DNA of 64,000 bases from an uncultured bacterium (GCA_943787795.1 CALSNU010000002.1:224001-288000), one strand, 5' to 3'; shown: positions 49,953-59,779, numbered from the stretch's first letter. Numbers and translations are program-made. The notes: a model not told the origin generated them from the letters alone.

Positions 49953-51370
49953 CGGGCCTTCTCCGCGGGGAGGTTCTTGCGCTCGACCTCTCCCCCGTAA
50001 CCGAGGGAGCGGAGCGTATCGATGGTGGATTGGTCCAGGGTTCCCCCGAGGGAGACGGGGGCGTGGGCTTGCTCCCACTCACGGATCAGCGCGGTCAAGG
50101 CCTCGATGCGCGCAGGGTCGTCGATCGGCCGGCGCTCATCGGGGTCGGCCTCCAGGTCGTAGAGCTCGGGCTGGACCCCGAACTTCTTGCGGCGGAACTC
50201 CTTGGGGAGGTGCAGCCGCCAACGCTCATCCACCGTCACCGAGTGGGAGCGAGCGCAGACGGCGAAGATCGCGGCGCGCCCGGACGCGGCGGACTCAGCG
50301 GTGGCGGAGTCGAACATGGCGCGACCCGGCTGGGCTCGCTTCACGGGCAGATCGCAGAGACCGTGGAGCGTGGGGACCACGTCGATGTGCTGGACCCAAT
50401 CGGACCGGCGCACGCCCCTGGGGACCCCCGGACCGGCCAGGACCAGCGGGATCCGGACCTGCTCGTCGTGGAGCATGAGCCCGTGGCGGCGATAGAGGTC
50501 GGGCGCCTCATCCTCTGGGTGCTTGAGGTCGGGGAGCGACGGTCGCTCCATGAGCCCCTCCCCGTGATCCGAGGTCACGACGATGACCGTCGACTCGAGG
50601 AGGCCTCGCGCCTCGAGCGACTCCACGAGGTGCCCGAGGGCCAGGTCGAACTGATAGACCTCCGAGTCATACAGGCGCCGGATACCTTGCACGGTCTCCC
50701 AGTCCTCGTCGGACAGGCGATCCGCCAGCATCGTCCCCGGGTGGTCCGCACGCTGGGCCTCGAGAGCCGCGCGCGCGGCGTCGCGGACGGCTTCCTCGGC
50801 ATCGGGCTCAAACCCGCGCGGATCGAGCGGCTCGTAGGGGTGGTGGGGATCCACCGGGTGAAGCCAGAGGAAGAAGGGACGCTCGCCGCCGGCCCGGCCA
50901 TCGATCCAACGGAGTCCCTTCCCGAGGACCTCGTCGGCCGTCCATGACATCTGCTCCGCACGGTCGATCTCGAAGGACTCGATCCCGCGGTTGTACCCGA
51001 GCCGGCCATTCAGGATGGGGTTGGCGACCACGGCGGCCGTGTCATAGCCCGCGTCGAGGAAGCTCTCGGCCATGTGGACGTGATCCGGGAGGATCGACGG
51101 ATCCGCGAGGCTCTTGACCTCGCCCGTCATCAGCATGCTCATGGACGGGAGGGTCCAGGAGGACATGGCGAAGGCACGCTCGAAGACCGTGCCGCGGGCC
51201 GCCAGGGCGTCCAGGTTCGGCGTCGTCGGACGGAAGTGTCCATACGTCGAGGTCCGATCGGCCCGCAGGGTGTCGCAGACGATGAAGACCACGTTCGGAC
51301 GCTCCACCTCCGGCTCGGCGCAGCCCCCGAGGGCAGCCGCGAAGGCGAGGGCTAGGAGTGACCGGCGCAT
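49949..51370 (-). CDS. Sulfatase-like lipoprotein (Thr at the nucleophile position)
   Basis: LGGC, CDTLRAD, WTLPSMSMLMTG, DPH.PY, TSDHGE, LRSLGYGG. Confidence 0.85.
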   Translation of the reverse strand: MRRSLLALAFAAALGGCAEPEVERPNVVFIVCDTLRADRTSTYGHFRPTTPNLDALAARGTVFERAFAMSSWTLPSMSMLMTGEVKSLADPSILPDHVHMAESFLDAGYDTAAVVANPILNGRLGYNRGIESFEIDRAEQMSWTADEVLGKGLRWIDGRAGGERPFFLWLHPVDPHHPYEPLDPRGFEPDAEEAVRDAARAALEAQRADHPGTMLADRLSDEDWETVQGIRRLYDSEVYQFDLALGHLVESLEARGLLESTVIVVTSDHGEGLMERPSLPDLKHPEDEAPDLYRRHGLMLHDEQVRIPLVLAGPGVPRGVRRSDWVQHIDVVPTLHGLCDLPVKRAQPGRAMFDSATAESAASGRAAIFAVCARSHSVTVDERWRLHLPKEFRRKKFGVQPELYDLEADPDERRPIDDPARIEALTALIREWEQAHAPVSLGGTLDQSTIDTLRSLGYGGEVERKNLPAEKAR

Positions 51371-51384
51371 CGCGGACGCGGCGC

Positions 51385-52533
51385 TCAGGCCCTGGCCTGC
51401 TGCCGCTCGACAAGCTCGCGGAAGCGGACGAAGAGGTGAGCGGAGTCTCCGGGACCGGGGGCGGCCTCGGGGTGGTACTGGACGCTGAAGACCGGCAGCG
51501 TGCGGTGCTTCATGCCCGCGAGGGACATGTCATTGAGGTTCCAGTGGGTCGGCACCAGGTCCTCGGGGAGCTCGGCGTCGTCGACGACGTAGCTGTGGTT
51601 CTGGGAGGTGATCTCGATGCGGCCGGTCTCCTCGTCGCGAACGGGGTGATTCGCACCGTGGTGGCCGAAGGGCATCTTCTTGGTCTTGGCTCCCAGGGCA
51701 AGGGACAGGATCTGGTGGCCGAGACAGATCCCGAAGACGGGCAGGGCCTGCACCAACTCGCGAGCGCTCTCGATGGCGTAGTCCACGGCGGCGGGGTCCC
51801 CGGGCCCGTTGGAGAGGAAGACACAGTCCGGCGCCATCGCGATCACCTCGCTGGCCGGGGTGGACGCAGGGACGACGGTGACGTCGAAGCCCGAGTGCAC
51901 GAGGCTGCGGAGGATGTTGCGCTTCGCGCCGAAGTCATAGGCCACGCAGCGCAGGCGGTCCCCGGACCAGGGCGCCTCGAGCTCAGGGAAGGACTCATCA
52001 AAGGCGGAGGACCACTGATAGGTCTCAGCGCAGGTGACGACGCTGGCGAGGTCTCGACCGTCCGTTGAGGTCGCGCCCTTGGCCTTGGCCACGAGTGACT
52101 CGGGGTCGCTGTCCTCCGTGCTGAGAACAAAGCGCAGCGAGCCGTGCTCTCGGATCGCCTTGGTGATCTGGCGCGTGTCGACGCCGTCGATGGCGACCAC
52201 GCCGTGGCGATCAAGCCAGTGCTCGAGCGTCTCCGTGCAGCGGTGGCTCGACGCGATGGTGGAGAGCTCCTTCATCACGAAGGCCTCTGCCCAGCACTTC
52301 GAGGACTCCATGTCCTCGTCCGCGATCCCGTAGTTCCCGATGAGCGGATACGTCATCACGACCCCCTGGCCGGCATAGGAGGGGTCCGTGAGGATCTCCT
52401 GATAGCCGGTCATGGCCGTGTTGAAGACGAGGTCACCGCTGACCTCGCCGCTCGCGCCGACCGAGCGACCCTCGACCACCAGCCCGTTCTCCAGCGCGAG
52501 CCAGGCCCGCGCACCGTTCTCTTCCACACTCAT
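51385..52533 (-). CDS. carA: Carbamoyl-phosphate synthase small subunit
   Basis: VFNTAMTGYQE.LTDPSY, LSNGPGDP, GICLGHQ, QYHPEA. Confidence 0.96.
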   Translation of the reverse strand: MSVEENGARAWLALENGLVVEGRSVGASGEVSGDLVFNTAMTGYQEILTDPSYAGQGVVMTYPLIGNYGIADEDMESSKCWAEAFVMKELSTIASSHRCTETLEHWLDRHGVVAIDGVDTRQITKAIREHGSLRFVLSTEDSDPESLVAKAKGATSTDGRDLASVVTCAETYQWSSAFDESFPELEAPWSGDRLRCVAYDFGAKRNILRSLVHSGFDVTVVPASTPASEVIAMAPDCVFLSNGPGDPAAVDYAIESARELVQALPVFGICLGHQILSLALGAKTKKMPFGHHGANHPVRDEETGRIEITSQNHSYVVDDAELPEDLVPTHWNLNDMSLAGMKHRTLPVFSVQYHPEAAPGPGDSAHLFVRFRELVERQQARA

Positions 52534-53318
52534 GACGTTCTGGAGCGACCGCTCTGGGCGGCTCGCACGATCTGACGGTTGATCTGGGCCGCGGCGAAAC
52601 CAGCGCCGAACCCGTTATCGATATTGACGACGGTGACGCCCGACGCACAGGAGTTGAGCATGCCGAGGAGCGCTGCGACACCCCCGAGGCTGGCTCCGTA
52701 GCCCACGGAGGTGGGAACGGCGATCACAGGTCGGTCCACGAGCCCGCCCACGACGCTGGGCAGCGCCCCCTCCATGCCCGCGACCACGACGATCACGTTG
52801 GCCTCCTGGATCCGAGGCGCGACGGAGAGGATCCGGTGGATCCCTGCGACCCCGACGTCCGGGATCTGCTCCACGATGGAGCCGAGGAAGCGGGCGGTCG
52901 TCGCCGCCTCCCTGGCCACCGGCGCGTCGCTCGTCCCCGCGCTGATGATGACCACGTCGCCCGTCGCCTCCGGCAGCTCGCCGCCCGTGACCGTCGCCGC
53001 CCGATCGTCGACCTCGACCTCCATGGACTTCGAGAGGGCGGCGCGCCCGGCAGGCTGCACTCGCGTGGCAAGAAAGCGGCCATGGGCCCCCAGCAGCGCG
53101 CTGCAGATCTCCACGAGCTCCTCGGGGGACTTGCCCTCGCCGTACACCACCTCGGCGTGCCCGCAACGACCCTCACGGTCCGTATCCAGCCGAGAGTGGC
53201 CCAGATCGAGCTGCCCGGCGCGACCGAAGGCATCGAGAACAGAGCCGACGCCCTCCTCGGGAGTGACCTTTCCGTCCTGAATGGACCGAAGGAGGACTTC
53301 TAGAGCGCGCCTATCCAC
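52530..53318 (-). CDS. larB: Nickel-pincer cofactor biosynthesis protein LarB (AIR-carboxylase-like)
   Basis: D..R..R.G..EV.Y.EGK, AGTSD..VA.EA, DVGVAG.HR, AGMEGALPSV, VPTSVGYG, NIDNGFGA. Confidence 0.9.
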   Translation of the reverse strand: MDRRALEVLLRSIQDGKVTPEEGVGSVLDAFGRAGQLDLGHSRLDTDREGRCGHAEVVYGEGKSPEELVEICSALLGAHGRFLATRVQPAGRAALSKSMEVEVDDRAATVTGGELPEATGDVVIISAGTSDAPVAREAATTARFLGSIVEQIPDVGVAGIHRILSVAPRIQEANVIVVVAGMEGALPSVVGGLVDRPVIAVPTSVGYGASLGGVAALLGMLNSCASGVTVVNIDNGFGAGFAAAQINRQIVRAAQSGRSRTS

Positions 53319-53453
53319 AGCGGGGGCCGATTCTACCGGGGCGGCAAGGCCGGGGGGGTGCTCCCTGAACTGGATCCCTCCACGGAAGGGCCCATGCGAA
53401 TCCCGGCGCCTCTCGCCGGGGCCGCGCCGCCGCCCCCAGGGCGGGGCGAGCCT

Positions 53454-54506
53454 TCACCGGTCGAGCGACCGGGGAGAGGCGTCCACGTCCAGCCCAGCGA
53501 CCAGCCCGGCCTCGAGCCGTCGCCAGCCGAGCCCGGCGATCATCACCGCGTTGTCGGTGCAGTAGGCCGGCGAGGGAAAGAAGGCCCGGACGTTCTGCGC
53601 CGCCCCACGCGCGTGCATCACTTCCCGGAGTCGGTGGTTACAGGCGACCCCTCCGGCCACGAGCACCTGACCCACCCCGCGCTGCTCCGCAGCGCGCAGG
53701 GTCTGGGTGACGAGCGTGTCCACGACGGCCTCCTCGAAGGACGCGGCCACGTCCGCCCGGTCCAGGATCTCGTCGGGGGGCGGGGTCGGCTGGAGCGCGT
53801 CGCCGCCCCTGAGGTGATACAGGACCGCCGTCTTGAGCCCGCTGAACGAGAAGCCGATGGCCCGCTGCTCCGCGCCCGGCTTCCGCTTGGGGAAGTAGCG
53901 AGGGAAGGCGATGGCGTCACGACGCCCCTCCAGCGCCAAACGCGCCACCGACGGGCCGCCGGGATACGCCAGGCCCAGGAGCCAGGCCACCTTGTCAAAG
54001 GCCTCCCCCGCAGCGTCATCCAGCGTCGTCGCGATCCGGGTCATGTCGAGGGGCGAGCGCACCTCGTAGAGCGCCGTATGCCCGCCCGAGACCACGAGCG
54101 CGAGGCAAGGGAAGTGCACCGCGTCAGGCTCCTCCATCGTGGCCGCATAGACGTGGGCCTCGATGTGGTCCACGTCCACCAGCGGCAGCCCGGTCGACCA
54201 GCAGAGAGCCTTCGCTGCGGACAGGCCCACCAGGAGCGAACCGATGAGGCCCGGCCGAGCGGTGACCGCGATGCCCGCCAGGTCGCCGAGCTCGACGCCG
54301 GCGTCCGCGAGCGCCTGGTCAATGGCGGGCAAGATCGCCTCGAGGTGTGAGCGCCCGGCGACCTCGGGGACCACGCCGCCGAACTGTGCGTGCTCCGCGG
54401 CCTGGCTGAAGACAACGTTCGAGTGGACCTCGACGCCGGCCTCGACGACCGCAGCCGCGGTCTCGTCGCAGGACGACTCGATCCCGAGGATCAGATCTCT
54501 ACCCAT
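53454..54506 (-). CDS. tsaD: tRNA N6-adenosine threonylcarbamoyltransferase
   Basis: ILGIESSCDET, GGVVPE, HIEAH, SGGHT, DDAAGEAFDK, FSFSGLKT, CTDNA.MI. Confidence 0.96.
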   Translation of the reverse strand: MGRDLILGIESSCDETAAAVVEAGVEVHSNVVFSQAAEHAQFGGVVPEVAGRSHLEAILPAIDQALADAGVELGDLAGIAVTARPGLIGSLLVGLSAAKALCWSTGLPLVDVDHIEAHVYAATMEEPDAVHFPCLALVVSGGHTALYEVRSPLDMTRIATTLDDAAGEAFDKVAWLLGLAYPGGPSVARLALEGRRDAIAFPRYFPKRKPGAEQRAIGFSFSGLKTAVLYHLRGGDALQPTPPPDEILDRADVAASFEEAVVDTLVTQTLRAAEQRGVGQVLVAGGVACNHRLREVMHARGAAQNVRAFFPSPAYCTDNAVMIAGLGWRRLEAGLVAGLDVDASPRSLDR

Positions 54507-54521
54507 ATGGACCCCTTCGGC

Positions 54522-55871
54522 TCAGTCTCCTCGCCCGCGCCGTCGCGCGGGCGCGGGGTGTTCTCCTCTCAGGAGCGCGCACGCAGCGTCGAGCTGCGGG
54601 TCACCCGGAGCCTCAGGCAGGACCACGCCGCCCTCTGAAGCCGCCCACGCCTCCAGCTCCCCGAGCATCGTCTCCGGAGGATCGTAGCGGGCGATCCAGC
54701 CGTGGATCTGATCGCGTTGTTCAGGGTCGATCTCCACGACCAGGTCGGGGAGGATCCCGCTGGTCCGGTCCGGGTCCGCGCTCTTCTCGAAGTTGCGGCG
54801 GCTCGGCGAGTAGTAGTAGCCGCTGGTGACCTTTGCCCGGCTCCCGAAGCGTGGGAAGGACTGGGTCATCTGGATCATCCCCTTGCCATACGTCGGCGCC
54901 CCCACGACCACCCCACGCCGGTAGTCCTGCAGCGCGCCAGCGAAGACCTCGCTCGCGCTCGCCGTGTCTCCGTCCACGAGCACGACCAGGCCCATACCCT
55001 CGAACAGGGCCTCGATCTCGCCGGCCTCGTAGGACGCGCTGCGGGTCCGCCCCTCGGAGGTCACGATCACCCCCTCGCCGATGAAGCGAGACGCCATGTG
55101 GACCGCCGCATCAAGGACACCGCCGAGGTTGAAGCGCAGGTCCACCACGAGCGAATCGGCGCCCTGCTCCCTGAGCGCAAGCACCGCCGCGTCGAACTCC
55201 TCCGCCGTCCGATGGCTGAAGGACCGCACCGCGAGATAGCCCGTGGCCGGAGCCGCGCGCAGGATCCCTGCGTGCCGGACGGTGGGGTCCAGCAGCATCG
55301 CAGGCTCGATCACCACGGCTCGCAGCTCCCCGTCGAGACCCTCCACGAGCAGCCCGATCTCACTTCGTCCGCGGGCGGAGAGGAGCGCACGGATCTCGGG
55401 GCCGGAGAGGCCTTCGATGGCCGTGCCATCCACCTCCACGAAGCGGTCCCCCACCCGCACCCCCGCGCTCGTAGCCGGCGAGCCCGTGAGCGGAAACAGG
55501 ACCTGCCCCCGGGAAATCGGAGACCTGAAGACCACCCCGATCCCCCGGAAGTCGCCGTCGATCTCTCGCCTCGCTTGCTCGGAGCTCTCGGCATCGTAGT
55601 AGCGCGAATAGGGGTCGAGGCCGTCGAGCATGCCCGAGAGCGCGCGAGTGACCAGCTCGTCCGACGCCATCTCGCGCACGAAGTGCCGGCGCGCGAAGTC
55701 CTGCACCGCCTCGAACTCGGCGGTCGCGGGGTCTTCGGGCTCGGGGAACAGCAGGAACGCGATCATCAAGACCAGCATTCCCGACATCATCCCGAGCGCG
55801 AAGATCGCGATCGCAGCCTGGCCCGAGCCCTGGGCTCGGGCCGAGGAGCCGTGATATGGATCACCACCCAC
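54522..55871 (-). CDS. S41 family C-terminal processing peptidase
   Basis: LDPYS.Y, PDZ, DLR.N.GG.L, ASASE, TYGKG motifs. Confidence 0.9.
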   Translation of the reverse strand: MGGDPYHGSSARAQGSGQAAIAIFALGMMSGMLVLMIAFLLFPEPEDPATAEFEAVQDFARRHFVREMASDELVTRALSGMLDGLDPYSRYYDAESSEQARREIDGDFRGIGVVFRSPISRGQVLFPLTGSPATSAGVRVGDRFVEVDGTAIEGLSGPEIRALLSARGRSEIGLLVEGLDGELRAVVIEPAMLLDPTVRHAGILRAAPATGYLAVRSFSHRTAEEFDAAVLALREQGADSLVVDLRFNLGGVLDAAVHMASRFIGEGVIVTSEGRTRSASYEAGEIEALFEGMGLVVLVDGDTASASEVFAGALQDYRRGVVVGAPTYGKGMIQMTQSFPRFGSRAKVTSGYYYSPSRRNFEKSADPDRTSGILPDLVVEIDPEQRDQIHGWIARYDPPETMLGELEAWAASEGGVVLPEAPGDPQLDAACALLRGEHPAPARRRGRGD

Positions 55872-55883
55872 CAGGAACCCTGC

Positions 55884-56741
55884 TCAGGCCATCATGGCCT
55901 CGAGCTCGGCACCCTCGATGCCCAGCTCGACGAGCGCCCTGCGAGCGTCCTCATCCCCAGGCGCCACGCCGTGCCATCCGGGCTGGTTCTCCATGAAGGA
56001 GACGCCCTTGCCGATCAGGGTGTGGCAGATGAGAGCGGTGGGACGCTCGGTCTCCTCACGCGCGGCCACGAGCGCCGCGTCGATGGCGTCGATGTCATGT
56101 CCGTCGACGTCCAGGGCATGCCAGCCGAAGGCCTCGTACTTTGCGCGGAGGTCGCGAACGTCCATGACGTCGCGCATGTAGCCGTCGATCTGGACGTTGT
56201 TGAAGTCCACCAGCACCGTGAGATTGGAGGCCCCGTAGTGGGCCGCGGCGGTGGCCGCCTCCCAGATCTGGCCCTCCTGACTCTCTCCGTCCGAGGACGC
56301 GCTGTAGATCCGCGAGTCCCAGCCGTTGGACTTGGCCGCGAGCGCCATGCCGAGAGCGACCGAGAGGCTGTTGCCGAGCGAACCGGTGGAGAAGTCGATC
56401 CCCATGTCCGGTGTTCGGTGCGGGTGCCCCTGAAGGCGGGAGCCCATCTTCCTGAAGGTGAGCAGCTCATCCCTGGGGATCAGCCCCTTCTGGGAGAGGA
56501 TCGAGTAGTACCCCGCGCAGGTGTGCCCGTTGCCGAGCACGAAGCGGTCACGGTCGGGCCGGTTCAGGGTCTCTGGCGTGAGGTTCATGTGACGCGTGAA
56601 GAGCGTCGCCATGAAGTCGGCCATGCCGATGGGTCCGCCCGGGTGCCCACACGCAGCAGCGTGCACCATCCGGACGGTGTCGATGCGAATCTGTCGAGCA
56701 GCGGTCTCGACGGCAGCCCGGTCTTGTTGGGAGAGCGTCAT
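55884..56741 (-). CDS. Transketolase, N-terminal (ThDP-binding) subunit
   Basis: GHPG, RDRFVL..GH, LQGHP, STGSLG, SDGE..EG..WE, DGHD. Confidence 0.92.
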   Translation of the reverse strand: MTLSQQDRAAVETAARQIRIDTVRMVHAAACGHPGGPIGMADFMATLFTRHMNLTPETLNRPDRDRFVLGNGHTCAGYYSILSQKGLIPRDELLTFRKMGSRLQGHPHRTPDMGIDFSTGSLGNSLSVALGMALAAKSNGWDSRIYSASSDGESQEGQIWEAATAAAHYGASNLTVLVDFNNVQIDGYMRDVMDVRDLRAKYEAFGWHALDVDGHDIDAIDAALVAAREETERPTALICHTLIGKGVSFMENQPGWHGVAPGDEDARRALVELGIEGAELEAMMA

Positions 56742-56745
56742 GGAT

Positions 56746-57732
56746 TCAGGCCTGCTTGCGATTGAGGAGTTGCTGGGCGCGCGCCACGAGGCCCGCAGCA
56801 TCCAGTCCGTAGTGGGCGAGGAGCTCGTCTCCCGTGCCGCTCTGCCCGAAGGAGCCGCTCATTCCGCACATCTCCATGGGCACAGGGTGCGTCCCGACCA
56901 CCGCCTGGGCGACCGCCTCACCGAGGCCGCCGTTCTCCTGATGCTCCTCGGCGGTCAGGATGGCGCCGCAGTCACGGGCAGCGCTGGCGATCGAGTCGCG
57001 GTCCAAGGGGGAGATCGTCGACATGTTCAGCACGCGCGCCTCGATCCCCATGCCGGAGAGGATGTCCGCGGCCTCGATGGCCGCAGCGACCGTCACGCCC
57101 ATGGCGACGATCGCGAGGTCCCCGCCTTCGCGCAGCATCGCCGCCTTGCCGAACTCGAAGCGATAGTCCTCGGAGAAGACGATCGGAGTGGACGCCCGCG
57201 AGAGGCGAACGTAGACGGGTCCCGGAATCTCCGCTGCTGCGAGGACCGCCTGGCGAGCCTCGACGGCGTCGGCGGGGACGATGACCTGCATGCCCGGGAT
57301 CACGCGCATGATGGTGACGTCCTCGAGCATCTGGTGGGACTTGCCGTCCTCGCCGACCGTGAGGCCGGCGTGGGTCGCACAGATCTTGACGTTGAGCTCG
57401 GGGACGCAGACGCTCTGGCGGATCTGCTCGAAGGCCTTGCCCGTCGCGAACATCGCAAAGGAGCTGGCGAAGGCCACCTTGCCCTGCGAGGCGAGACCCG
57501 CCGCCACGCCGATCATGTTGGCCTCGGCGACGCCCATGTTGAAGAAGCGGTCCGGGTGCGCCTTGCCGAAGGCTTTGGTCTTCGTTGATCCGGAGAGGTC
57601 GGCGTCGAGGACGACGACGTCCGGATTGGAGGCGCCAAGCTCGAGCAGCGCCTCGCCATACGCATTCCGGGTGGCGGCCTTGCGGGCCTCCACACCATCG
57701 AAGAGCGGCGCGAGTTCGGGGGTTGCGATCAT
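56746..57732 (-). CDS. Transketolase, C-terminal subunit
   Basis: ATR.AYG, LDADL..ST, G.AEANM, GEDG.SHQ..ED, EEH...GGLG. Confidence 0.92.
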   Translation of the reverse strand: MIATPELAPLFDGVEARKAATRNAYGEALLELGASNPDVVVLDADLSGSTKTKAFGKAHPDRFFNMGVAEANMIGVAAGLASQGKVAFASSFAMFATGKAFEQIRQSVCVPELNVKICATHAGLTVGEDGKSHQMLEDVTIMRVIPGMQVIVPADAVEARQAVLAAAEIPGPVYVRLSRASTPIVFSEDYRFEFGKAAMLREGGDLAIVAMGVTVAAAIEAADILSGMGIEARVLNMSTISPLDRDSIASAARDCGAILTAEEHQENGGLGEAVAQAVVGTHPVPMEMCGMSGSFGQSGTGDELLAHYGLDAAGLVARAQQLLNRKQA

Positions 57733-58023
57733 GGGCGGGGGGGCCTTCGCGAGGGGTTGGGGGTGCTCGCCGGGACCGCGCCCCGGCTGCGAATCGCCGT
57801 TGTACCGCGAGGACGGAAGCTCCGTCCACGCGCTCTCGGTGGAAGTCTGCGTGGATCACACAGGTCGAGAGTGACTCCAGACGAGGTCCCAGGGACCTCC
57901 CGCTGGGACACCCTCCGGAAGCCGCCGAACCTGACCGCCCATCCCGTAACCTGTGGGGAGGCTCCAGCCTGGCACGCTTCCTGCTGGTGAGCAGGACGTC
58001 CTCGGACCCCACACCCGATCGCC

Positions 58024-59286
58024 ATGATGAACAGCATCCGGAACCCACAGATCCTCGCGGCCGCCCTGGCTGGAGCATTATTGAGCGCCACCCAGGCTCC
58101 CGCCGCTCCGGCTCAGGACCGGCCTCCGGCCACCCTCGAACTCGCCCAGCGGACCTTCAAGAAGCTGGACGCCAATCAGGACGGGGCCATCTCTCTGACA
58201 GAAGCCCGGCGCGGCGGTCTGACCGTGTCGTCATTCAACAGCCAGGATGCCGACGCCGACCAGCGCCTCTCCGAGGAGGAGTTCACGCTCCTGTATCGGG
58301 GGCTGCTCTCCAGCAGGGGATACCCCATCGCGACGGACCTCGACCGCGCGGTGAAGGACATTCAAGACGGGCGCAAGAAGGCCGCAGAGGCGCAGCGGGT
58401 CCAAGAAGCCCGCAAGAAACAGGCAGAGCTGGACGCCAAGCGCACCCAGGACGCGCGCCAGAAGCAGGCCCAGCAGAGCGCCGAGGCACGCACCGCCGCC
58501 GCCCGCAAGCAGCAGGCGGACCTCGACGCCAAGCGCACCCAGGACGCACGCCAGAAGCAGGCCCAGCAGAGCGCCGAGGCACGCACCGCCGCCGCCCGCA
58601 AGCAGCAGGCGGACCTCGACGCCAAGCGCACCCAGGACGCACGCCAGAAGCAGGCCCAGCAGAGCGCCGAGGCACGCACCGCCGCCGCCCGCAAGCAGCA
58701 GGCGGACCTCGACGCCAAGCGCACCCAGGACGCACGCCAGAAGCAGGCCCAGCAGAGCGCCGAGGCACGCACCGCCGCCGCCCGCAAGCAGCAGGCGGAC
58801 CTCGACGCCAAGCGCACCCAGGACGCACGCCAGAAGCAGGCCCAGCAGAGCGCCGAGGCACGCACCGCCGCCGCCCGCAAGCAGCAGGCGGACCTCGACG
58901 CCAAGCGCACCCAGGACGCACGCCAGAAGCAGGCCCAGCAGAGCGCCGAGGCACGCACCGCCGCCGCTCGCAAGCAGCAGGCCGAGCTCGACGCCAAGCG
59001 CATCGAGGAGGCGCGCAAGAAGCAGGCCCAGCAGAGCGCCGAGGCACGCACCGCCGCCGCCCGCAAGAAGCAGGCGGACCTCGACGCTCAGCGCGCCCAG
59101 GACGCACGCAAGAAGCAGGCTTCTGGCGGTGACGGGACAGATCGCCCGAAACCGACCCAGGTTCCGACGAAGCCCAAGAAGGTCAAGAAGGCCCGAAAGC
59201 CCACGGATGGCGCGACTCCGCCGGCCGCTGACTCCAAGGGGCGCCCCGGCGGAAGCCCCGGCGGAAGCGACGGCACGCGCCCCTGA
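58024..59286 (+). CDS. Secreted EF-hand protein with a long Ala/Gln/Lys/Arg tandem-repeat helix
   Basis: Signal peptide, EF-hands FKKLDANQDGAIS..E and DADADQRLSEEEF, 31-aa repeats. Confidence 0.82.
   Translation: MMNSIRNPQILAAALAGALLSATQAPAAPAQDRPPATLELAQRTFKKLDANQDGAISLTEARRGGLTVSSFNSQDADADQRLSEEEFTLLYRGLLSSRGYPIATDLDRAVKDIQDGRKKAAEAQRVQEARKKQAELDAKRTQDARQKQAQQSAEARTAAARKQQADLDAKRTQDARQKQAQQSAEARTAAARKQQADLDAKRTQDARQKQAQQSAEARTAAARKQQADLDAKRTQDARQKQAQQSAEARTAAARKQQADLDAKRTQDARQKQAQQSAEARTAAARKQQADLDAKRTQDARQKQAQQSAEARTAAARKQQAELDAKRIEEARKKQAQQSAEARTAAARKKQADLDAQRAQDARKKQASGGDGTDRPKPTQVPTKPKKVKKARKPTDGATPPAADSKGRPGGSPGGSDGTRP
58411..59118 (+). repeat. 93-bp in-frame tandem repeat (7 full units plus a partial)
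   Basis: Units start at 58411, 58504, 58597, 58690, 58783, 58876, 58969 and 59062; the central units are essentially identical. Confidence 0.95.
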
Positions 59287-59327
59287 CGGGCTGACTCCGA
59301 CGAGCCCGGGGACCTGTCACCCAAGCG

Positions 59328-59366
59328 CGCGGGCCCCGTCTCCCCAGGAGGGAGGCGGGGCCCGCG
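59328..59366. terminator. Hairpin between convergent genes
   Basis: GCGGGCCCCGTCTCCC / GGGAGGCGGGGCCCGC. Confidence 0.7.
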
Positions 59367-59419
59367 TTGGTCAGAAGCCCGAAGAGTTCGGGACCTTGAT
59401 CGCGTCAGGAGGTGTGGCG

Positions 59420-59779
59420 TCAGAAGGTGCTGTGCTCCGGCGCGTTGTTCTGGACCGTTGACTCACCAGCCTGCCAGTGGAAGCCGCCTTCGAGGCCGCC
59501 GTTGGCGCCGGGGATGAACACCCGGTTCGGGTTGTGCTCGTCCACTGCGCAGCCGAGACGCTCGAACTCCTTCGAGGTCAGCCGGAGCTCCCGGCGCTGC
59601 GTGGCCAGTCGAGCCACCACGCTCCCCGTCGCGGTCGAGGAGCAGCCTTCGAGCTTCATGGCCTTGAGCGTCCGCTCTAGTTCACGGATTGCGCGACGGC
59701 GGTCTGCGACCTCGTTGAAGATGGACTCCAGCAGGGGGACCAGCTTCGCGGCGTTGTCGTGATCGTATGAGTGCTTCAT
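59420..59779 (-). CDS. DUF2203-like coiled-coil protein
   Basis: A..L.PLL..I, coiled coil, E...LG......W..GE pattern. Confidence 0.6.
   Translation of the reverse strand: MKHSYDHDNAAKLVPLLESIFNEVADRRRAIRELERTLKAMKLEGCSSTATGSVVARLATQRRELRLTSKEFERLGCAVDEHNPNRVFIPGANGGLEGGFHWQAGESTVQNNAPEHSTF

Noticed and set aside
58411..59118. Possible CRISPR array
   Set aside because: The 93-bp units are contiguous with no unique spacers, lie in frame within a protein, and no cas genes are present.
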